53,786 nt of DNA from Gekko japonicus (lineage: Eukaryota): assembly GCF_001447785.1 (NCBI RefSeq), contig NW_015165855.1, forward strand, positions 678,338 through 732,123. The letters are read 5' to 3'. How positions within the stretch are numbered: the first letter of the stretch is position 1; the number at the start of each line of letters is the position of its first letter. Below, piece after piece: positions 46,163 to 53,786 of the stretch. The translations under genes were made by a program, and so were the position numbers. The notes beneath the pieces are model-generated. The model did not search any database, was not told the DNA's origin, and saw only the letters and a program-made list of their open reading frames with translations.

Positions 46163-48040
46163 TTCATAGAATCTTCATGTTGAAAGACATCTGATAAGCC
46201 ATCTTTTCTGAACCCTGCACAATGCAGGACACCGAAAGCATTTCCCACAGATAGCTATTCAGCCTCTGCATGAAGACATTCAGCCAACAAGAGTGGACCT
46301 AGACATTATGCTAATTGGTTCTATTGTTGAACTGCCCCTGCCATTAGGAAGCTTCTCCTAATGTGCAGCTGAAATCCATCTTCCTGTAACTTCTGTCCAT
46401 AAGATCTAGGCTTGTCCTCTGGAACAGCACAGTACACTTCAGCTGAGGAGTGTGATCATATCTCCATTCTCCAGCCGAAACAGGTCCAGTCCCTTCAAAC
46501 TTTCCTCAGCACATTTCTATACCCCTCTCTCCATCTTTGCTCCCCTCTTTTGAACCCCTTCTGGTTGCTCTACCACCTTATTAAAGCCTGGTGCCCAGTA
46601 ATGGACACAGTAATCCAGAAAAGCTCAGCAGAGTTGAATGGAACATTTATTTCTTTATTTACCTCATTTATACCCTGCCTGTCTCCCCAACAGGGACCCC
46701 AAGAGACAGACAACATTGTTCTTCCCTCCCCCTTTTCCCCCTCACAACAACCCTGTGAGTTAGGTTAGGCTGAGTGTGCATGACTGGCCCAAAGTCATCC
46801 AGCAAGCTTTCATGTCAGAACGGGGATTTATTTACACAGGAAGTTCTGATACTTTGTTGAATAAACCAATCACTTTGCCTTGGCTTAGGCTGTCTACTTT
46901 CCACTCTTAGTCCAGTACCTAGATGTTCCTTAGTTCACACCACACAACTCAGATCTCACTCTCCAGTCACTCCTTTAGAGGTTAACTTTGGGCTTTATTT
47001 GTCTGGCCCCTTTGAGTCTAACTGGTCACCTAACCAGCCTTCCAGACTCCTCTCTCCAGACACTCTAGCCTTTACTCAGCCACTTTATAAGTCCATGAGG
47101 AGCAGTGTTTCTGGTGTCAGTGACCACTCAGGTCTTATACTTTTACTCTCCTTGGTATATCAGAGGAATCAGTGCAGAGTGCTCTTCAGCCACAGTTCTT
47201 TACATCAACTGTTAACAGGCTGTTCTCTCAAAACTCAGTTAGCCGACTGCTCCTGTTAACTCCTCTCATCAACTCTCCTGGTCCACTGACTAAGTACTTC
47301 TCTTCAACTGCCAGATCCAAACTGACTGTTTGGTCCGTTAAATGCCAATCACCGAGGGTTCCGAGCTAAATGGCCCCCTCCTCACTCTGTCATGTGACTC
47401 ATCGGTGTTCTGTGTTTACTTTCTGCTGGTCCCAGATCTTTAAGTCCGTCACACAGTCTAACCCAGGGGTCCTCAACATGGCGCCTGTGGATACCACAGT
47501 GCCCACTGACACCTTTTCTGGCACCTGCAAAGTGTTTTTAGAAAGTAAGCAGGACCAGGTGGGGTTTTTGCCCAGCAGAGCATTGGAGATCTGATTGGCT
47601 GTTGATATTTTTTTAAAAAAACATTTCAGTGGCAGCTGCTTGTTTTGGTTTTATTCTCTTTATCTCTCACTCCTCTTTCCCACTATATTTGTAAAAGCAT
47701 ACCCCTCTTCTCTCTTGCACTTGGACTTCCTCTGTATGTGTGTGTGTGTTTGTGCACATGGCTCCACCTCCTGAAGCAAAAATGTTGTGGTTGGCTCTGC
47801 CTCCCATACCAGCCAGTTTGTGGTTGCACCCACCACCCTGGGTCAAAATTCCAGTGCCTAAACAGTATTGGCCTTTTTTGTAGCTGTGTCACACTACCAA
47901 CTCATGTTTGGTTTGTGATCAACTCTAATCCCGAGATTCTTGTCCCATGTACTACTGTCAAACTAGGTATTCCCATCTTACACCTGTGCATTTGATTCCT
48001 TTTGCTTACATATGGACCTTTACATTTTTCTCGTTACTCA
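46163..48040 (-). mobile_element. Old CR1 3' fragment split by nested insertions (SINE ~46645-46828, LTR-like ~46828-47452, hAT-like from ~47463)
   Basis: 46163-46640 and 47860-48040 align to successive parts of the CR1 at 18190-18990. The middle has a cctcacaacaaccctgtgag SINE body, a segment ending gtccgtcaca, and a CAGGGGTCCTCAAC terminus. Confidence 0.65.
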
Positions 48041-48493
48041 ATTTCCCCATTTAACTATATATGCATTACATGCATCTTTTCAGTTTCCATACATCTTTCA
48101 TACATTCAAATGTAGTCTGCTTCTTACATGAATGCTATTTAATATTTTCACATTTGAACTAAGGCCATGCACTACCTGCTCGTTGAGTGGCAATGTTATT
48201 AAATATTTGCAAATACTACCAAAAATGTACGTAAAGAACATGATAGACCTGAAGGAGATACTATCCATTACTCAAATGGTTAATAATTATTAACTAATAA
48301 TTTCCTGCGCTGAGGTAACTGTTGTTCTTACTGAGGGTTTCAAGAAAAGGCATTACAGAGATACATGATGATGACTTAGTGAAAAACACAGAGAAGGCAG
48401 CTGAATAAAAGATAAAATGCAAGATGCTGTGCTTAAAATCTGGGTAAAAGATCAATAATTACCTGGTAATTTAACAACAAAACGCTAGCTCAC

Positions 48494-50920
48494 CTGGAGT
48501 ATGATCTGATCTCCACTGGTTAAATTGAAATCTTCACCAGCTAGGATAGGATCTTTTATTTCACCAGTCAAGTGGTCTGTTGGATTGTTGGAATAATTTG
48601 CCTTGGAAATATTGAACTGGCTTTTCCTAGAGTCCGTGGTGAGAGAAACCTCTTGGCAATAAGAGTGAAGAAATGATCGGACTCCATCAATCCCCACGAA
48701 CTGTGAGACAGGAACACCACTGAAATTCACATTTCTAGAATCACACAACTGTGAAGTTCTCCACCTGTGCAACCTGATGGCAAGCAACACAAGGAGGAAG
48801 GTGAAGAACAAGCAGGAGACAAAAGCCACAGCAACCACCAGGTAGAAGGTAAGGTCCGACTGGGGGTCTGCAGGAGCTGAGATGCTACTAATATCAGAGA
48901 GGCTTTCAGGGATGCTGTCGGCCAGCACCACAGTGACCGTGACTGAGGCAGACAGAGGGGACTGCCCATTGTCCTTCACTAAAACCACCAGGCTTTGCTT
49001 GAGAGCATCCTTGTCCAGAAAGAAACGGGCCGTCCTGATCTCTCCAGTGTGGAGTCCTATGGAGAAGAGCCCTGGCTCTGTGGCCTTGAGTAGCTGATAG
49101 GAGAGCCATCCATTCTGGCCAGAGTCTGCATCTACTGCCACCACCTTAGTGACCAGGTAGCCAGGCTCAGAGGAGCGAGGGGCCAGCTCTATCCCAGTGG
49201 AACCATCAGTGGGAGGGGAAGGGTACAAAATTTCTGGGGCATTGTCATTCTGATCCAGAATGAAGAGAGTCACTGAAATATTGGAGCTGAGTGATGGAGA
49301 TCCACCATCTTGTGCCCGGACCAGGAAGTTAATTTCTCGGAACTCTTCGTAATCAAAAGAACTCACAGCATAAATAATTCCAGTTTCAGAATTAATGGAC
49401 AGGAAGGAAGAGAGGGCAAAATCACCCATCTGACCTTTTATAATGGAATACTTTATCCTGGAGTTCTCTTCCGAATCTGGATCATCTGCCTTGAGTGAGA
49501 AGACAGAAGCACCTCTTTGGTTATTCTCCATGAGGTAGAAGATATAGGATGATTGGGGGAAGAGGGGAGGATTGTCATTTGTGTCTAAAATTTGTAGTGG
49601 AATGATTACGGTAGTAGAAAGGGAGGGTGTCCCATGGTCTTTGGCTGTGATCGTAATGTTGTATGCTTCCATCTGTTCCCTGTCAAGGGCATCAACTGTC
49701 ACCAAACTGTAGAAGTTACCAATAGATTTTTTCAGCTGAAAAGGGAGATTTTGGGAAATTAAACATGTGACTTCACCATTAATTCCTGAATCTTGATCTT
49801 CTACATTTAAAATAGCAACAACAGTTCCAGTGGGTGAGTTCTCATTGATGGAGTTTGTGTGAAAGGAAACTGCTAATTCAGGGGCATTATCATTCAGATC
49901 TGTTACTGTGATCTCAACTTTTGCTCTGTCAAACAGTCCTCCATAGTCCTCAGCATGCACCTCCAATTCATAAAAGGATGATACCTCAAAGTCAATGTCC
50001 CCCATGACTGTTATTATACCAGTTGTTGAGTTTAGAAAAAACATTAGTGAGTCCTTCTTGGTGGCTTTTTTGAAGGAGTATTTCAGCTCTCCATTGATTC
50101 CTTCATCCAGATCAACAGCTCTAACTCTACAAATTGTGGACCCTATAGGAATATTCTCCTCAATGCTCACTGCATAGAGTGGCTGACTGAAGACTGGCGC
50201 ATTGTCATTCGCATCTGAAACAATGATTTTGATTTGAGCAGTGCCAGTCCTAACTGGATCACCTCCATCAGTAGCTGTGAGGATTAGTTCATACATTGAT
50301 TGCTCTTCCCTGTCGAGAATTTTTTCTAATACCAACTCCACATGCCTGGCACCATTTTCTCCCATTTTCACATCCAGAGAAAAATGGCTGCTGCCTGTGA
50401 GCTGGTAACTCTGCACAGAATTAATTCCAAGATCTTGATCTTGAGCTTCAGGGAGAGGAAACCGGGACCCTTGGGTAGATATTTCATTGATTTTCAGTTC
50501 TTGTTCCCCAGGAGGGAACTGAGGAGCATTGTCATTTATATCTGTAATTTCCACTTCAACTCCATACAGTTTTCTTTTACTCTCAACAATAACCTGAAAA
50601 TTTAAGATGCATTTCTCTGTCTGTCCACAAATTGCCTCTCTGTCTATTCTCTCAGAGGTCTGTAAATGACCATTGTGGATGTTTAAAGAAAAATACTGAA
50701 CCATACCTGTTCTAGTAACTATCCGCAGGTCATGGTCTGGAAGATGTTTTCCATCCATTCCCAGGTCCTCTGCGATATTCCCCACAAAAGAGCCTTTCTG
50801 CATCTCTTCAGGAATGGAATAGCGAATCTGCCCAGCAACTGCTTTCCAAACAAACAGCAGGATTAGATATTGAAAGATTCCTTTTTCTTTGCAGCTCCAC
50901 AGCTTCTGTGTTTCTTCCAT
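48494..50920 (-). CDS. PCDHGA: Protocadherin gamma-A variable exon, divergent paralogue (809 codons)
   Basis: Within ORF 48485..51124. ATG of MEETQKLW at 50920, QIRYSIPEE start of EC1, six ECs, TM, full-length gammaA tail. Donor CAG|GTGAGC at 48494/48493. Confidence 0.93.
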
Positions 50921-51094
50921 CTCCTGACAGCAAGGTAAACGGCACTGGTGCTCACTGGAACAGGATAGGGTCCCTCTGTTTTTTCTTAAACCAAAAGTTG
51001 CATCTGATCCACTCCTGATCACTCTGTTAAATGTTTCTGAATAGTGAAGAACAGTGAAGCTGAATTGGCTGATTTGAGTGCATTTCTCTGCTGA

Positions 51095-51137
51095 ATTGGT
51101 GAACAGCGACACCCAGAGTCTCATCCCAAAACTTCAG
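51095..51137 (-). promoter_or_regulatory. CSE/CTCF promoter element, gammaA-type
   Basis: Minus strand CTGAAGTTTTGGGATGAGACTCTGGGTGTCGCTGTTCACCAAT. Core at 51104-51108, 184 bp from the ATG. Confidence 0.88.
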
Positions 51138-51659
51138 TTGCTTTTTGTCATGAAATTATTCTCACATCTTTGGTCATTAGATTCTTCCTTTTCTTCATCA
51201 AAAAGTCCTGTCCAAAGCCTGATCTTCAGGTCTATGGATTCAGAATCTGATCAGACAAATGAACCTGAGTGGGATAATAACTGTATCCCAACAGTTTCAA
51301 ACAGAGCATACGTATACAGAAGTATCCTACTTTTTGCTCTTTAGAGGACTCTGAGTTACCTTCCAGGTAACTGGATGAAAATAAAATTAAGTTTATGGGA
51401 ACAAAGATAACTGAGTGCTCACCCAGATATTGCCCTTAGACTTTCGGATTCTCTGAGGTATTTTATGGAGTGAATAAGGTATAGCTGCATAGTATTCTCT
51501 AGCATCACACCTATCTTTAGCCTTGTCATTCATGCTTCCTCCACCCCACAATTAACTGAAGACCTGAATTCTTCTCAGGTGCTCCATTTGTAAAACAAAA
51601 GAAAAAAGCAAAATCCTGAAATAATGTACACTCAGATTCATCAAATGCAAAGATATGCA

Positions 51660-52020
51660 CAGGGCTTTTTTTGTAGGAAAAGCCCAGCAGGAACTCATTA
51701 GCATAATAGGCCACACCCTGACACCACATCTCATTAGCATATTAGGTCACAGCCCCCTGTTGCCAGAAGTGTGGTCATCCAGCCACACCCACCTTTTGCT
51801 TCTTATTCCGTTTACCTTGTTTGTTGTCAACACCCAGGGCCTTTTTTTTGTAGCAGGGACTCCTTTGCATGTTAGGCCACACACGCCTATTATAGCCAAT
51901 CCTAATGAGTTTCTGTTGTTGGGTGTGGCCTATTATGCTAATGAGTTCCTGATGAGTGTGACCAACTCAGGAGCCAGCCGGAACTCCGTTCCTGTGCGTT
52001 CCTGCCCCAAAATAGCCCTG
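51660..52020. mobile_element. Composite hAT-type MITE
   Basis: TIRs CAGGGCTTTTTT and AAAATAGCCCTG. Perfect 8-bp TSD GATATGCA (51652-51659 and 52021-52028). Second internal left-end copy at 51835. Confidence 0.85.
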
Positions 52021-52277
52021 GATATGCATACATAATAGAAAGTGGATTAACAGATTTAAGCAGGGTACTAAAGCAATATCGTATCATGGAAAATGGATAA
52101 ATGCTCTTATATCACTTAAACTAGAATTGCTGCAAAGAACACGAAAAGGGTGCTTGCTGCCATATATGGTGCCTACCTAAGCCCTCACTTGAATAGTCTT
52201 AGGATGGCAGCGAAGTCCTAAACCAGAGTATCCTATGCTGGTGGTAAACCCTGCTGGAACCATGCCAGGATAGAACT

Positions 52278-52458
52278 GGATGGCAGCAGGGGTGTGTCAT
52301 GGGAAGATCAGGACTTAATCACCATCCTAAGTCTCCCCAGGCCCTGGTATGCCCCCAACATTAGTGCAACACTATGCCACTACCTGGCCGATGTAAAATT
52401 GGGTGGCAGCAGGGGCATGTCATGGACAGGACAGGACTTAGTCACCTTCCTAAGCCTC
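52278..52458. repeat. Diverged direct repeat (two ~57-bp units about 123 bp apart), probably MITE-derived
   Basis: tggcagcaggggtgtgtcatgg...caggacttaatcaccatcctaag versus tggcagcaggggcatgtcatgg...caggacttagtcaccttcctaag. Confidence 0.5.
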
Positions 52459-53786
52459 TACAACCCTGTTCTCTCCCAGTTCCAGTGCAGGTGTTACACC
52501 ACCAAAAGCCCTGGCATATCTCTGAAACATTCCAGGAGGTTCATGTCAGTGAAAAACTCTAATACCTTTTACATCCCACATCCATGACCTGGGGGAGTTT
52601 GATATATCAACTGAACCTATGGCCAGTTATAGCCCTCCAAAGCACTATATAAGCTCTAACCAGGATACCCACTGTTCAGAAGACAGGGTGCCAGTACAGG
52701 GCTATGAGTTATGTGGCCTGATGCTGGGGCACTTAAGGCCAAACTAGACATGACAGTTTTCCCCCAAGTCAGGGCCGCATCCCTCCAATATGACTTTAAT
52801 GCTCTGACGGGCAGAGGTCAGCTGCTCCAACTAGGTTCCCAAATGCTGCAGGGGCCCAATTTAGATTGGAACTGCAGTGCAGGGGGAGGAGAGGATTCAA
52901 CCCCCCTGCTCTGTTTATCTGATGTTTCAATTTACGGAATTATTGTAGTCATACATTTTTATTTCTACCTTAATTGGCTTCTCCTAAATCAGGAGCGCCC
53001 AAAATTCTTGATCCTGTGGGCATTTTTGGAATTCTGAGAAAGAGTAGTAGTGGGTACCACCACAAAATGGCTTTCATGGGACCAGGAACCAATCACAAAA
53101 TGGCTGCCATGGGGAACAGTCACAAAATGTTGGGAGGTTCTAAGCCAAACATCAACCTACGAGGCAGGTAGCTGTTTCTGAATGGATATTCCATGCATAT
53201 CCAAAGCCAGTACCTCCTGTGGTCAGGATTCACCCTCTACTTTGGGGAAGAGATGGTTTGGGGAAGAAGTGGACACCAAGGAACATATCTGTGAGCACTG
53301 TTATATTTATGGGCATCATGCTGGGGATCCCTGCCATAAAGGTTTTTTTGTAACCATGAGCTAACAGTAGAACTTTCTCCATTTGAGCATGCTGGCAAAA
53401 TATATTTGTGATCATTAGTTTCCAGTGATCATCATACTGTTGTAACAAGATTGCATGAATTCCCTTTTTAAAAAGTATCCATGAAGTACAACATACATTT
53501 GTCCTTAAATTTTTTATTAAAATTGTTACACAAATTAACATTGGCTAAAGGAGCATTACTAGGTGCCAAACTATCTTTACATTGTTCCCAAATCCAGGAT
53601 TTGCTTATCTCATATTTACCTGCCCTCATCCGTACTTCCTTGCTTACAATCATCCAGGCAGAGGATGGTATACTTGTTCTATATTCCTCTCCCTTCTCCC
53701 CAAGAAGGATGAGTACCATCATAAGTAAACCACTGTAGTAATGCATCTAAGACGCATGCATAGGAATATTTTGAGATGATAGAACT

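Noticed and set aside
53230-53786. Minus-strand ORFs faintly resembling an L1 ORF2 3' end
   Set aside because: Motifs are too degraded to call by eye; needs tBLASTn or RepeatMasker.
1-53786. Pcdhg constant exons, gammaC exons, Pcdh-alpha/beta genes or variable-exon pseudogenes in the long spacers
   Set aside because: No such peptide or additional CAGCGACAC CSE was seen. The tails match gammaA and gammaB, and the long spacers are largely explained by TE relics.

Overview
Vertebrate genomic DNA. The repeat families (CR1, L2, a tRNA-derived Squam3-like SINE, hAT and Harbinger-like MITEs) point to a squamate reptile, probably a gecko (inference). The window is part of the variable region of the clustered protocadherin-gamma (Pcdhg) locus, transcribed on the minus strand. 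It holds seven intact ~2.4-kb variable first exons, each encoding a signal peptide, six cadherin repeats EC1-EC6, a TM segment and a variable cytoplasmic domain. Each has its own CSE/CTCF promoter element about 185-220 bp upstream and ends in a phase-0 GT(A/G)AG donor. In transcription order they are gammaA(50920), gammaA(45750), gammaB(40034), gammaA(30510), gammaB(24734), gammaA(13735), gammaB(6786). An eighth gammaA-type CSE at ~140 implies another exon just off the left edge. The shared constant exons are not in the window. Six of the exons form three tandem copies of a 15-18 kb gammaA-gammaB cassette, supported by intergenic homology, conversion-like mosaicism and copy-specific TE insertions with intact target-site duplications. 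This is a known system (neuronal identity code), not a new one. The most novel-looking details are EC2/EC3 shuffling among paralogues, an 11-residue cytoplasmic deletion in the triplicated gammaA genes, a young antisense-oriented solo LTR and a 135-bp perfectly shared non-coding tract. All alignments were made by eye.
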